DNA from: Planctomycetota bacterium | GTDB lineage: Bacteria; Planctomycetota; UBA1135; UBA2386 | Length of the DNA stretch: 64,000 nt | Reading direction: 5' to 3' | NCBI GenBank assembly: GCA_046290465.1 | Contig: JBKAGP010000001.1 | Span: 4,288,001 to 4,352,000 of the forward strand | In this document: piece after piece, positions 1 through 10,081 of the stretch | Position numbering within the stretch: the stretch's first letter is position 1 | How the letters are laid out: every line of letters begins with the position of its first letter | Notes under the pieces: generated by a model | Database searches by the model: none | What the model was told of the DNA's origin: nothing | The model's input: only the letters and a program-made list of their open reading frames with translations | Program-made: the position numbers and the translations under genes

Positions 1-189
1 GTGCAGATCGGCGAGATGGTGCGCCCGCCGGCGATCCGCGGCAACAAGCCGCCGGAACCGACCATCGTGAAGGTCGAGCCACTGGTGATCGACCTGACCG
101 ACGCCCAGGTCGAGGCCCTCGACTCCACCGGCCAGATCACCCTCCTGGTCCCCGAGTGGCGCTGCGTCTACCGCCTCGACCACCGCTAA
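1..189 (+). CDS. 3' end of a hypothetical protein (runs in from the window edge)
   Basis: Open frame from base 1 to TAA at 187-189 with host-like GC-rich codon use; no recognisable motif. Confidence 0.55.
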   Translation: MQIGEMVRPPAIRGNKPPEPTIVKVEPLVIDLTDAQVEALDSTGQITLLVPEWRCVYRLDHR

Positions 190-205
190 GTAGCCGTACG
201 GCTAC

Positions 206-1033
206 TCAGAAGGTCCAGTTGACGCCGAGGGAGAACCAGATGGGGTCGTCGTTGGGGGTGCCGACGTCGTTGAACCAGCGGTCGAGCGTGCTGTTCATCA
301 TCGACGAGCCGTGCACGCCGCCGGTGATCACGGTGCGCGCGTCGTACTGCCACTGCACCTCGATCTTGCCGCGCAGGTCGCCGAGGCCGCTCTCGTCGAG
401 GTCGTAGAGCCAGTTGGACTGCGCCGACGTCACGTAGCCGAGCGAACCGTCGGCGACGATGCCCCACTCGTCGTTGATCGGGAACGTCTCGGTGATGCCG
501 ACGCGGTAGTAGGCGGCGCGCACCTCGTCGAAGTCGTAGTGCCACGAGAAGTACGGCGTGGTCTCGAGCACGTTCGCGCTGACCCGCACGAAGAACTCGT
601 TGGTGCCGCCGCGTTCTTCGCCGGGGCCGCCCTGGCCGTCGGTCGAGAACTCGAGGCCGTTGGGCAGGTTGTAGTTGAAGACCCCCGCGGTCACCGTGAA
701 CGTCTCGTTGAGGCGCGACGTGTAGCTGCCGACGAAGTCGATCTCGGAGAACCGGCCGCCGTGCCCACGCGGAAACCACGCGTCGCCGTTGTCGTCGTTG
801 AGGTCCATGTTGCCGCGCGCGACGAGCGTGATCGAGTCGTCGGTGACCGTCGGCAGGCTCACGGCTAGACGGGGTTGGAACACGCCGTTCTCGGACTGGA
901 TCATGCCGCGGTGCACGAACTTGCTGGCGAACGTGCCGCCGATCGACACGCCGGGGCGTGCGTCCTCGGGCACGATGCAGCCGGTGGCGGTGAAGCTGAT
1001 GACACAGAGCAGTCCGACAACACGGCGATTCAT
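206..1033 (-). CDS. TorF-like putative outer-membrane beta-barrel porin
   Basis: SKFVHRG..Q..NGVFQP and EIDF..SY motifs; alternating beta strands; C-terminal GVNWTF; lipobox-like TATGC. Confidence 0.7.
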   Translation of the reverse strand: MNRRVVGLLCVISFTATGCIVPEDARPGVSIGGTFASKFVHRGMIQSENGVFQPRLAVSLPTVTDDSITLVARGNMDLNDDNGDAWFPRGHGGRFSEIDFVGSYTSRLNETFTVTAGVFNYNLPNGLEFSTDGQGGPGEERGGTNEFFVRVSANVLETTPYFSWHYDFDEVRAAYYRVGITETFPINDEWGIVADGSLGYVTSAQSNWLYDLDESGLGDLRGKIEVQWQYDARTVITGGVHGSSMMNSTLDRWFNDVGTPNDDPIWFSLGVNWTF

Positions 1034-1148
1034 GCGTACTCCTGTAGCTGACGAGGCGCGGGTTCCGATGGCGGGGGAGTGTCGTGGCGGCCCGCCGGCA
1101 TTTCAACGCTGCTGGACCGGCCACCACGCCCTCCGACCCCGCATCTCG

Positions 1149-1913
1149 GTGCCGATCCGCGCCCCGCTGCTCGCCTTGTTGGTCGTGACGATGCTGTCCG
1201 GCTGCGTGCCGGTCGGCTTCACCGGGCAGGTCGGCTACGCGCGCATGAAGGTCGGCGGCGACCTCGCGCTCGACAACGGCGGCGGCTCGTCGCCGGCGAT
1301 CGAACAGGGCGTCGACTCGGCGTTCGGGCTCGGCGACAGCCAGGGCTCCCCGTACTTCCGCGGCCAGCTCGACCTCGGCGGACCGGTGTTCTCCGGTTCG
1401 ATCTTCTGGCTGCGCGACGAAGGCCAGGGCCAGCTGCAGGACGCGTTCGGCGGCCTGCCGGCCGGGACCGCGGTGGCGGGGCGCCTCGACCTGGGCGTCG
1501 CCAAGTTGAGCGCCGTCTACGACCTCGACCTCGGGCCGTTGAAGGTCTCGCCCGGCGTGCTGTTCGACGTGTTCGCGCTCGACTTCTCGGCGCGCGAACT
1601 GACCCTCGGCAGCCGCGAGGAGATCGACGACGTGGTGTTCGTGCCGATGCCGTTCGTGCGCGCCGAGGCCGGGCTCGGTCCGGTCACGGCGGTCGGCGAG
1701 GTCGGCTACCTCGAGGTCTCGAGCCTCGGGGACAACGAGGGACGTTTCCTCGACTTCGAGGCGATGCTCGAGATCCACCCGCTGCCGCTCGGTCACGTTT
1801 TCGTCGGCTATCGATACCTTGGAATCGATGGCAGCGGCGATACCGGCGACGAAGCGTTCGCCACGGACCTGCAGATCCAGGGTTGGGTGGTCGGCGGTGG
1901 GATACGCTTCTAG
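1149..1913 (+). CDS. Putative outer-membrane beta-barrel protein (lipobox-bearing)
   Basis: Chosen GTG start; signal ...VVTMLSG-C; VPMPF motif, VGYRY and terminal GGGIRF; paralog of the next gene. Confidence 0.65.
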   Translation: MPIRAPLLALLVVTMLSGCVPVGFTGQVGYARMKVGGDLALDNGGGSSPAIEQGVDSAFGLGDSQGSPYFRGQLDLGGPVFSGSIFWLRDEGQGQLQDAFGGLPAGTAVAGRLDLGVAKLSAVYDLDLGPLKVSPGVLFDVFALDFSARELTLGSREEIDDVVFVPMPFVRAEAGLGPVTAVGEVGYLEVSSLGDNEGRFLDFEAMLEIHPLPLGHVFVGYRYLGIDGSGDTGDEAFATDLQIQGWVVGGGIRF

Positions 1914-1961
1914 CCGTTGTGCGACTGGCGAATCCACGCCGGTCCAGCCATGCTGCCCACC

Positions 1962-2714
1962 ATGAAGTTGCGGAACGTTCTGCTCCTCGCCCTGCCCCTC
2001 GCCTTCGCCGCCTGCGCCGGCCAGACCTACAAGGTCCAGGTCGGCCCGACGTTCGCGCGCGCCCGCGGCGAGATCGCGCTCGCCAACAGCTCGGGCTTCC
2101 TGCCGCCGGCCAACAGCATCGACGGCAACCTCGGCCTCGGCGAGTCGGAGGCCTCGCCATACATCCAGGCGCAGACCGACATCGGCCGCCACCGCGTCCG
2201 CATCAACGGCTTCTACATCGACACCGAGGGCACCGCGGTGCTCAACAACGCCTACGGCAACATCGTCGCGGGCACGCAGGTGCGCACGTCGATGGACTTC
2301 TTCGCGATCGTCTCCAACTACAGCTACGAGCTGCTGCGCAAGGAGCACTACCGCCTCGGCGTCGGTGGCCAACTTGGCTACTACTCGCTCGACGTCGCGG
2401 CGCGCTCGACCGGCGGACGCGAGGAGATCGTGACCGACGTGCTCGTGCCGATGCCCTACGTCGAGGCCGAGGCGTTTTACGGCGACTTCACGTTCGGTGC
2501 GGCGGCCGGGATCATGGCCGCCGACCTCGGCGACGCGAACGGCCGCTACTGGGACCTCGAGGTCTACACCAACTGGCAGGTCGACGACGCCTGGGACGTG
2601 CGCGGCGGCTATCGCTACCTGCTGCTCGACGGCTACGGCCGCGCGTCGTCCCGCGACTTCGACGCCGACGTCGACGTGCAGGGTCTCTACATCAGCGCCG
2701 GCGTGCGCTTCTGA
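1962..2714 (+). CDS. Putative outer-membrane beta-barrel protein (lipobox-bearing), tandem paralog
   Basis: MKLRNVLLLALPLAFAA-C; VPMPY, GGYRY and terminal SAGVRF. Confidence 0.7.
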   Translation: MKLRNVLLLALPLAFAACAGQTYKVQVGPTFARARGEIALANSSGFLPPANSIDGNLGLGESEASPYIQAQTDIGRHRVRINGFYIDTEGTAVLNNAYGNIVAGTQVRTSMDFFAIVSNYSYELLRKEHYRLGVGGQLGYYSLDVAARSTGGREEIVTDVLVPMPYVEAEAFYGDFTFGAAAGIMAADLGDANGRYWDLEVYTNWQVDDAWDVRGGYRYLLLDGYGRASSRDFDADVDVQGLYISAGVRF

Positions 2715-4002
2715 TCGCCCGCTCTGCGGCGTCGAACAGCCGCTGCTCCCAGTCGCGCGCCGACCGCTTCGGTCCGAACGCCGCGACGTCCTCGATGCGC
2801 AGCCGCACCGAGACGTCCGGCACCACGCCTTCGTCCTGGAAGCCGACGCCGGTGCGGTCGACCAGCCGGGTCTCGCTGTATTCGAGCACCCCACCCTCGG
2901 GACCGTAGACGCGCTCGATGCCCGCCTCCGCGCCGGCCGTGCGCTCACCGATGACGATCGCGCCGCAGTCGCGCTGGAGGATGCGGGCGGCGTGTTCGGC
3001 CATGCTGGCGGTCATCGAGCTGGTCAGGATCACCAGCGGCTTGTCGTAGCGCTTGCCGCGCGGCGCGAACTGCACCAGCAGGAACAGCTCGACCGAGAAC
3101 GGCCAGATCGTCGTGACCTGTTCCTGCGCGGTCACGAACACCAGGTCGGTCGCCTCGGGCAGGAAGCGGCCGACGATCTGCCGGCCGACCTCGAGGTTGC
3201 CGCCGTAGTTGCGCCGCAGATCCAGCACCAGGCCGTCCTTCTCCATGGCCTGGTCGATCCACGCATCGACCGCGCCGAGCGCTTCGCCGAGCAGGACCTG
3301 GTTCATCGTGTGCAGCCGCAGCACGCCGTAGTCGCGATCGCCGTCGTATTCGGCCAGCTGCTGCTGCGGCCGCGCCAGGTGCGCGAGCCAAGAGCCGCGC
3401 GCGACCACGCCGGCCTCGGGCCGCGCGACGACGTGCCGCGTGACGACCTCGTCGTTCCAGCGCAGCTGCAGTTCCACCGGGGACCCGGGTGGCCCGATCA
3501 TCAGGTTGCCGAGCAGCGACGAGACGATCTTGGAGCCGTTGACGCGCCACAGCTGCGGAAAGCGCGCGTGGTGCGGCAGGTCCTCGGGCGGCTCCGGCGC
3601 CTCGCCGCCCGGCCAGCCGACGACGTAGACCCTGCCCTCGACGACCATCAGGTCGAAGCCCGGCCGGTCGAGCAGCGACGTCGGCTGCACGCCGTCCTCT
3701 ACCCAACCGTCCTCGGGCGGCGTGTAGGAGATGTGCGGGTCGTTCAGCTCACTGAACATGCCGCTGAGCAGGTGGAAGAACTCGTGCGGCCGCTGCGCGA
3801 ACGGCACCGCCGCCCGGTACTGCCGCCGCACCTCCTTCCAGTCGAGCAGGTCCTTGCCGAAGAACGGATAGTTGTCGGCCAGCTGCTCCCAATAGAAGTC
3901 GAACGCGGCCACCCGCTCGGAGTCGGCACTGGTCAGCGGATCGAAGCCGGCGCAGGCCCCGAGGAACAGCGCTGCCAGACAAGCGGAGCGTCGGATCACC
4001 AC
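2692..4002 (-). CDS. S41 family (C-terminal processing/tricorn-like) peptidase lipoprotein
   Basis: LNDPH, DLRRNYGG, TASMAE and IGERTAG motifs, PDZ-like middle region, lipobox FLGAC; GTG start chosen (3999 also possible). Confidence 0.85.
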   Translation of the reverse strand: MVIRRSACLAALFLGACAGFDPLTSADSERVAAFDFYWEQLADNYPFFGKDLLDWKEVRRQYRAAVPFAQRPHEFFHLLSGMFSELNDPHISYTPPEDGWVEDGVQPTSLLDRPGFDLMVVEGRVYVVGWPGGEAPEPPEDLPHHARFPQLWRVNGSKIVSSLLGNLMIGPPGSPVELQLRWNDEVVTRHVVARPEAGVVARGSWLAHLARPQQQLAEYDGDRDYGVLRLHTMNQVLLGEALGAVDAWIDQAMEKDGLVLDLRRNYGGNLEVGRQIVGRFLPEATDLVFVTAQEQVTTIWPFSVELFLLVQFAPRGKRYDKPLVILTSSMTASMAEHAARILQRDCGAIVIGERTAGAEAGIERVYGPEGGVLEYSETRLVDRTGVGFQDEGVVPDVSVRLRIEDVAAFGPKRSARDWEQRLFDAAERAIRSARRR

Positions 4003-4056
4003 CTCACGCTCCCAAGACCCCCCGCCACCGTCAACCCGCACCCACCCCCCCAAACC

Positions 4057-4105
4057 GAACCCGGTTCCGTATGCGCCCCCAAGCGCCGCATACTGAACCG
4101 GGTTC
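4057..4105. repeat. 19-bp inverted repeat (1 mismatch) with 11-nt spacer
   Basis: GAACCCGGTTCCGTATGCG (4057-4075) / CGCATACTGAACCGGGTTC (4087-4105). Confidence 0.85.
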
Positions 4106-4278
4106 AAGTTGCGCCATTTCACCGACTGGGCGCAGCAGGGGCGCAGCGTCGGACTCGGTGTTGGGGCGTCAGCGTCGAGGAGCCGGCGTAAAGGCGCCGA
4201 CAAGGCATCGGCGTCAGGCCCGGCACCAGCACCGCCCCCGCACCAGCACCGCCCCGTGCTGCCCCCTGCCCGCTACCG

Positions 4279-5250
4279 CTAGCGCTGGAACGCCAGGTGG
4301 CCGAGGTGGGCGCGGCCCGCCTCCGACGTCGCGAAGTCGAAGAACTCGAGCGCGACCCGGTCCGGCATGCCCGACGTGACCAGCTGCAGCGGCACGCCGT
4401 AGGGGTAGGTGCCGTAACCGAACGCGGCGGCGCACGGCGGCGTCCAGTTGATGTCGACCAGCTTCTGGCCCGGCTCGCGCGGGCCGTCCGTCAGCCTCAC
4501 CAGCCCGATCGCGCCGCGGTGCTGCAGGATCTGGTCGGCGACGTGCCGTTCGCTCGCCACGCGCACGCAGGTCGAGGCGAACTTGTCGCCCGGGATCAGC
4601 ACCTTCGCCGCCCGATCGAGCAGGCTCCGGTCGGTCGGCACGACCGCGACGATCGGGTTGGCCTCGAAGCCGAGCTGCTGCCAGTCGTTGACCTGGCCGG
4701 TGAAGATCTGCCGGATCTGGTCCGGCGTCAGCGAACGCACCGGCGACGTCGGCGACACCGTCAGGGCGAACAGCTCGACCCCGATCTGCGTCTGCCGCAG
4801 GCCGGCGTGGATCTCGCGCTGCGACAGCGTGCCGCCGATCAGCCCGAAGTCGGCGCGCCCGATCATCAGCAGCTCGACGGCCTCGCGATCGGTGCAGTCG
4901 ACGTGCCGCACCTTGCGGCCTTCCAGGGTCTGCTGGTAGGCGCCCTCGAACGCGTCGTCAAACGACTCCTGCGCGTTGCGCCCGACCACGACCACCATCG
5001 ACTCGGACTCGGGCACCAGCGCGCGCTGGGCCGAACCGGTCTCGACCATCGGCGCTGCCGCCGGCTCCAGGCCGAAGATGTGCCCGGTCGCCGGCCGGAT
5101 CGTCGCGTATTGCGGCCGGATCACCGGCGGCGGGTCCGTCAGCGCCAGGGCGCGCGGATCCGGGTCCGGCATGTCGCAGGCGCCCGCGGTCAGGGCGATG
5201 CCAGCCAGGGCCAATCCACGCCGAACGTCAGCTGTTGAGTTTCTGTGCAA
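4279..5250 (-). CDS. PstS-like/PBP-superfamily substrate-binding lipoprotein
   Basis: SPVRSLTPDQIRQIFTGQVNDWQQLG, GAIG and YGTYPY motifs; lipobox TAGAC; TTG start chosen 5 nt after GGAGGT. Confidence 0.75.
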   Translation of the reverse strand: MHRNSTADVRRGLALAGIALTAGACDMPDPDPRALALTDPPPVIRPQYATIRPATGHIFGLEPAAAPMVETGSAQRALVPESESMVVVVGRNAQESFDDAFEGAYQQTLEGRKVRHVDCTDREAVELLMIGRADFGLIGGTLSQREIHAGLRQTQIGVELFALTVSPTSPVRSLTPDQIRQIFTGQVNDWQQLGFEANPIVAVVPTDRSLLDRAAKVLIPGDKFASTCVRVASERHVADQILQHRGAIGLVRLTDGPREPGQKLVDINWTPPCAAAFGYGTYPYGVPLQLVTSGMPDRVALEFFDFATSEAGRAHLGHLAFQR

Positions 5251-5432
5251 ATCCCACCTCCCGGTGCCGGGGTATCGGGCGGAACGCGGGGCAGGTGTTG
5301 CAAGACGCGACGGTCGGGCCTTCGTAAGCCCATTGGGAAGGGTCGATTGCGCGTGAGACAATCGAGTCGCGGCGCTCAAGAGCGGCTGGCACGAGCGGCG
5401 CCTGTCGACCCAGATCCCCTCCTGCGATCGAC

Positions 5433-5465
5433 TTGGTCAAATTGGCACGATTGATCGTGGCCAAT
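5433..5465. promoter_or_regulatory. Candidate PdxR (MocR-type) operator
   Basis: TTGGTC and TTGGCA direct repeats plus inverted GCCAAT; ATTGGCACGAT-TG-ATCGT(G)GCCAAT near-palindrome just upstream of pdxR. Confidence 0.5.
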
Positions 5466-5487
5466 CCTCGGCTACACCTTCCGTCCC

Positions 5488-6984
5488 GTGCCGAGCCTGC
5501 TTCCCGAACTCCATCCCGCCAGCGCGACCGCGATGTCGGAACAGATCGCCCGCTTCTACGAGCGCGCGATCGAGGACGGTCGTGTGCTCGTCGGCGACCG
5601 CCTGCCGCCGATCCGCGAGGTCGCGTCGACCTGCCAGGTCACCCGCGCCACCGTGCAGGAGGCCTACCGGCGGCTCGCCGATCGCGGCCTCGTCGAAGGA
5701 ACGGTCGGTCGCGGCACCGTCGTGCTCGCGACTCCGACGAACAGCGATGCGCCCGCGGCGGGTCCCGGCCGCCTGCTGAGCCCGTATGCCGAGGCCGCGC
5801 TGCGGCGGACGCGCATCATGGCCGGCGCGCCGGCCCTGCCCGCAGCGCAGACCCTGGTCGCCAACTTCGCCGAGCTGCAGCCCGACGAGGCCCAGTTCCC
5901 GATCGCGGCCTGGCGCGAGGCGATGGACGCCGTGCTCGAACAGCACGGCCGCGAACTGCTCGGCTACGGCCACTCGACGTTCGGTCTCGAGCAGCTGCGC
6001 GAACTGCTCGTGCGCCGTTCGCACGACAGCGACCCGGAGTTGACCAGCGACCAGCTGCTGGTGACCGCCGGCGCCCAGCAGGCGCTCGACCTCGTGCTGC
6101 GCACGGTCTGCACCGCCGGCGACACCGTCGTCGTCACGCAACCGTCCTACCACCACATGCACGGCCTGCTGCGCGCGCACGGCCTGCAGGTCGTGCAGGT
6201 GCCGTTCGGGCCCGACGGGCTCGACCGCGCGCAGCTGCAGCGGGTGCTGTCGCGGCCGTCGGTGCGGCTGTGCTACCTGATGCCGACGTTCCACAACCCG
6301 ACCGGCCGCACGCTCGACCTCGCGCAGCGTCGCGCGCTGATCGACGCGATCGGCGAGACCGACATCGTGCTGGTCGAGGACGAGTACCAGCACTCGCTGC
6401 GCTGCCGCGGCGACGCGCTGCCGACGCTGCGTTCGATGGACGCGCGCGGCCGCACGTTGACGGTGTCGACCGTCTCCAAGGACCTGTTCCCCGCGCTGCG
6501 CATCGGCTGGGTCGCCGGCGACCAGCAGCTGCTCGAGCCGATGGCTGCGGTGAAGCGCTTCATGGACCTCGAGACCAGCCCCTTGCTGCAGGCAGCGCTG
6601 GTCGAGTTCATGCAGCGCGGCAGCTTCGACCGGCACCTCGCCCAGCAGCGCAGCGAACTGTGCCGTCGCCACGAGGCGCTGCAGCGCGCCTGCGCGCAGC
6701 ATCTGCCCGAGGGCTGCCGCGTGACCGATCCCGACGGCGGCTTCGTCGCGTGGCTGGAGCTGCCCAACCCCGGTCACGGCGAACAGCTCGCCGAGCTCGC
6801 GGTCGAGCGCGGCGTGCGCGTAGTGCCGGGTCGCGCGTTCGACCTCGACGGTGCGCCGTCGCGCGGCGTTCGCCTGTCGCTGACGCGCGCCGACGTCGAC
6901 CAGATCCACCAGGGCGTGCGCGTGCTCGGCGAATGCGCGCGCGAACTGATGCAGCTGCAGGCCACGGCGCAGCCGTTCCTGTAA
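5488..6984 (+). CDS. pdxR: MocR/GabR-family regulator (GntR HTH + PLP aminotransferase domain), probable PdxR
   Basis: [53 protein letters not shown]; adjacent to pdxST. Confidence 0.85.
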   Translation: MPSLLPELHPASATAMSEQIARFYERAIEDGRVLVGDRLPPIREVASTCQVTRATVQEAYRRLADRGLVEGTVGRGTVVLATPTNSDAPAAGPGRLLSPYAEAALRRTRIMAGAPALPAAQTLVANFAELQPDEAQFPIAAWREAMDAVLEQHGRELLGYGHSTFGLEQLRELLVRRSHDSDPELTSDQLLVTAGAQQALDLVLRTVCTAGDTVVVTQPSYHHMHGLLRAHGLQVVQVPFGPDGLDRAQLQRVLSRPSVRLCYLMPTFHNPTGRTLDLAQRRALIDAIGETDIVLVEDEYQHSLRCRGDALPTLRSMDARGRTLTVSTVSKDLFPALRIGWVAGDQQLLEPMAAVKRFMDLETSPLLQAALVEFMQRGSFDRHLAQQRSELCRRHEALQRACAQHLPEGCRVTDPDGGFVAWLELPNPGHGEQLAELAVERGVRVVPGRAFDLDGAPSRGVRLSLTRADVDQIHQGVRVLGECARELMQLQATAQPFL

Positions 6985-7012
6985 CTCCCGCTCACACCAC
7001 TCTCACAACGTC

Positions 7013-7930
7013 ATGACCGATAAGCACCCGATTCCCCACGTCCCCGGCTTCACGCAAGAAGAACTCGTCAGCAAGATCGGCTTCTGCGAGCAGCTCAAGG
7101 GCGGCGTCATCATGGACGTCGTCAACCCCGAGCAGGCGCAGATCGCCGAAGAGGCCGGCGCCTGCGCCGTGATGGCGCTCGAGCGCGTCCCGGCGGACAT
7201 CCGCAAGGACGGCGGCGTCGCGCGCGCCAGCGACCCGGACATGATCGCGGGCATCCAGAAGGCGGTCAGCATCCCGGTGATGGCCAAGGTGCGCATCGGC
7301 CACTTCGTCGAGGCGCAGATGCTCGAGTCGATGGAGGTCGACTGCATCGACGAGTCCGAGGTGCTGACCCCCGCGGACGAGGAGTTCCACGTCGCCAAGC
7401 GGCCGTTCAAGACGCCGTTCGTCTGCGGTTGCCGCGACCTCGGCGAAGCCCTGCGCCGCATCCACGAAGGCGCCGCGATGATCCGCACCAAGGGCGAGGC
7501 CGGCACCGGCAACGTCGTCGAGGCGGTGCGCCACATGCGCACGCTGATGAGCGGCATCCGCTCGCTGCGTGGCCTCGACGCGATGCAGATGGACAAGAAG
7601 GCCGCGGAGCTGCGCGTTCCGGTCGAGCTGGTCCAGTGGGTCGCCGAGAACCAGCGCCTGCCGGTCCCGAACTTCTCGGCCGGCGGCGTCGCCACGCCCG
7701 CCGATGCGTCGCTGATGATGCAGCTCGGCGCCGAAGCCGTGTTCGTCGGCTCGGGCATCTTCAAGTCGGGCGACCCGGTCAAGCGCGGCAAGGCGATCGT
7801 GCGCGCGGTGACGCACTACCAGGATCCGAGCGTGCTGGTCGAGGTCTCCAAGGGCCTCGGCGAGCCGATGGTCGGCATCAACATCGACACGCTGTCCGAA
7901 GACCAGCTGCTCGCCAGGCGTGGCATCTGA
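7013..7930 (+). CDS. pdxS: Pyridoxal 5'-phosphate synthase lyase subunit
   Basis: [51 protein letters not shown]. Confidence 0.98.
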   Translation: MTDKHPIPHVPGFTQEELVSKIGFCEQLKGGVIMDVVNPEQAQIAEEAGACAVMALERVPADIRKDGGVARASDPDMIAGIQKAVSIPVMAKVRIGHFVEAQMLESMEVDCIDESEVLTPADEEFHVAKRPFKTPFVCGCRDLGEALRRIHEGAAMIRTKGEAGTGNVVEAVRHMRTLMSGIRSLRGLDAMQMDKKAAELRVPVELVQWVAENQRLPVPNFSAGGVATPADASLMMQLGAEAVFVGSGIFKSGDPVKRGKAIVRAVTHYQDPSVLVEVSKGLGEPMVGINIDTLSEDQLLARRGI

Positions 7931-8546
7931 TCTCGACAGCCCGGTCGCGCCGCTCGTCGGCGTGCTGGCCCTGCAGGGGGACTTCGCCGACCACCAGGCG
8001 TCGCTCCAGGCCTGTGGCCTGCGCACGCGCCAGGTGCGCACGCCGGCCCAGCTGCACGGCGTCGACGCGCTGGTGCTGCCCGGCGGCGAGAGCACGACGA
8101 TGCTCAAGCTGCTCGACGTCGAAGGCCTGTGGACCCCGCTCGGCGCGGCGCTGCGCAGCGGCCTGCCGGTGATGGCGACCTGCGCGGGCCTGATCCTGCT
8201 GTCGCAGCACGTCGAGAACCCGCAGCAGCGCAGCTACGGCCTGCTGCCGCTGACCGTCGTGCGCAACGGCTACGGCCGGCAGTACCACTCTGGCACGTTT
8301 GCGCTGACGCGGGAGAGCGACGAGCTGCCCGAGCGCCTCGAAGGAACGTTCATCCGCGCGCCGCGCGTGACCGCGGTGCACGGCGACTGCGAAGTGTTGG
8401 CGCGCCGCGACGGCGATCCGGTGCTGGTGCGCCGCGGGCCGATCCTGGCCGCGTGCTTCCACCCGGAGCTGAGCAGCCGCCACCCGGTGACGCGCCTGTT
8501 CGCCGACATGGTGTGCGGCCACGTCCGCGCCGCCGCCGAAGCGTGA
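7920..8546 (+). CDS. pdxT: Pyridoxal 5'-phosphate synthase glutaminase subunit
   Basis: [40 protein letters not shown]. Confidence 0.96.
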   Translation: MASDLDSPVAPLVGVLALQGDFADHQASLQACGLRTRQVRTPAQLHGVDALVLPGGESTTMLKLLDVEGLWTPLGAALRSGLPVMATCAGLILLSQHVENPQQRSYGLLPLTVVRNGYGRQYHSGTFALTRESDELPERLEGTFIRAPRVTAVHGDCEVLARRDGDPVLVRRGPILAACFHPELSSRHPVTRLFADMVCGHVRAAAEA

Positions 8547-8953
8547 GCACCGACGTGGTCTACGCCGTCGAGCCGGAGCTCGCGGTCGCGGAGTTCGCCG
8601 ACGTGTTGTGCCGATCGACGCTCGGCGAGCGGCGCCCGGTCGACGACGAACCGCGCCTCGCCGGCATGCTCGCCCAGGCCGATGTGATCGTCACCGCGCG
8701 CGACGCGGCCGGGCGGCTGGTCGGCGTGTCGCGCGCGATCACCGACTTCCACTACTGCACCTATCTGTCCGATCTGGCCGTCGACGCTGCGTGGCAGCGC
8801 CAGGGCATCGGGCGCGAGCTGATGGCGCGCACCCATGCCGCCGCCGGCGAACGGACCACGCTGATCCTGCTCGCCGCCCCGCAGGCGCAGGCCTACTACC
8901 CACACGTGGGCTTCGAGCCGCACGGGTCCTGCTGGATCCGGCGGGGCCGGTAG
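8543..8953 (+). CDS. GNAT family N-acetyltransferase
   Basis: YLSDLAVD..WQRQGIGRELM and YYPHVGF; GTGA overlap with the pdxT stop. Confidence 0.85.
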   Translation: MSTDVVYAVEPELAVAEFADVLCRSTLGERRPVDDEPRLAGMLAQADVIVTARDAAGRLVGVSRAITDFHYCTYLSDLAVDAAWQRQGIGRELMARTHAAAGERTTLILLAAPQAQAYYPHVGFEPHGSCWIRRGR

Positions 8954-9051
8954 CGTCGCGTCGCGGCGGACCTGGCCGTCGACCTCGACTCCTGCCGGGT
9001 GATGCGGGCTGACGCTTGGCCGGCGGCCGGCGCGCGTCTACGTTTCGCTGG

Positions 9052-10053
9052 ATGACCGCCCCCCTGCGTGTCGTCTCCTTCGGGCTCGGGCCGATCGGCC
9101 TCGCTGCCGCGTCGCTGCTGCTCGAGAAGCAGTCGCTCGAGCTGGTCGGCGCGATCGACGTGTCGCCCGACAAGGCCGGACGCGATCTGGCCGAACTGCT
9201 CGGACGCGACGAGCCGACCGGCCTCGTCGTCGAGGCCGACGCCGAGGCGGCGCTGGACCGGCTGAGGCCGGACGTCGCGGTGCACTGCACGTCGAGCTTC
9301 CTGCCGGACGTGCAGGAGCAGCTGCTCGCGTGTGCCCGGCGCGGCGTCAGCGTGGTCTCGTCGACCGAAGAGCTGTTGGTCGCCGACCACCAGCACCCGG
9401 AGCTCGCGGCGGCGCTCGACGCGGCCGCGATCGAGGGCGGCGCGTCGATCGTCGGCGCCGGCGTCAATCCGGGCTTCGTGATGGACTACCTGCCGGTGGT
9501 CGCCTCGGCGGCGACGCGGCAGGTGTCGGGCGTTCGCTGCGTGCGCGTGGTCGACGCGGCGACGCGCCGCGAGCCGCTGCAGCGCAAGGTCGGCGCGGGG
9601 CTCAGCAAGTCGGAGTTCCACCGCCTGCTCGATGCCGGTGGCTTCGGGCACATCGGCATGCGCGAGTCGGTCGCGCTGGTCGCGCGCGGCCTGGGGTTCG
9701 AGCTCGACCGCATCGAGCACACGGTCGAACCGGTGTTTGCACCGGAGGACCACAAGACGCCGTTCCTGGTCGTCAAGGAGGGCGAGGTCGCCGGCATCCG
9801 CAACCACGGCTACGGCTACGTCGGGAAGCGCGCCGTCGTGCACCTCGACCTGTCGATGTACGTCGGCGCGCCCGATCCGCACGACCTGATCGAGCTGGAG
9901 TCGGCGCCACCGGTCACGATGCGCTTCCCCGACGGCCTGCCGGGGGACGATGCGACCGCGGCGATCCTGGTGAATCACCTCGCCGGCGCCGACGCCGCGC
10001 CCGACGGTCTGCGCACCGTGCTCGAAGTTCCGGTGCCTCGCGTCGCACGTTGA
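9052..10053 (+). CDS. NAD(P)-dependent oxidoreductase, DapB-like/2,4-diaminopentanoate dehydrogenase family
   Basis: GLGPIG Rossmann motif, SSTEEL, GAGVNPGFVMD, LQRKVGAG, GD.ATAA. Confidence 0.8.
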   Translation: MTAPLRVVSFGLGPIGLAAASLLLEKQSLELVGAIDVSPDKAGRDLAELLGRDEPTGLVVEADAEAALDRLRPDVAVHCTSSFLPDVQEQLLACARRGVSVVSSTEELLVADHQHPELAAALDAAAIEGGASIVGAGVNPGFVMDYLPVVASAATRQVSGVRCVRVVDAATRREPLQRKVGAGLSKSEFHRLLDAGGFGHIGMRESVALVARGLGFELDRIEHTVEPVFAPEDHKTPFLVVKEGEVAGIRNHGYGYVGKRAVVHLDLSMYVGAPDPHDLIELESAPPVTMRFPDGLPGDDATAAILVNHLAGADAAPDGLRTVLEVPVPRVAR

Positions 10054-10081
10054 GGGTCCGGGCGCGTATGATGCGCGCGTT

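Noticed and set aside
186..2948. 920-aa minus-strand ORF and many other long overlapping ORFs (e.g. 34999-37026, 46327-48582, 48350-51070, 53171-55162)
   Set aside because: Shadow frames of high-GC genes: Arg/Ala/Pro-rich or antisense to well-supported CDSs, with no motifs
5443..5458. sigma54 promoter upstream of pdxR (TGGCACG...)
   Set aside because: The -12 position reads CG rather than GC at the required spacing; better explained as part of an inverted-repeat operator
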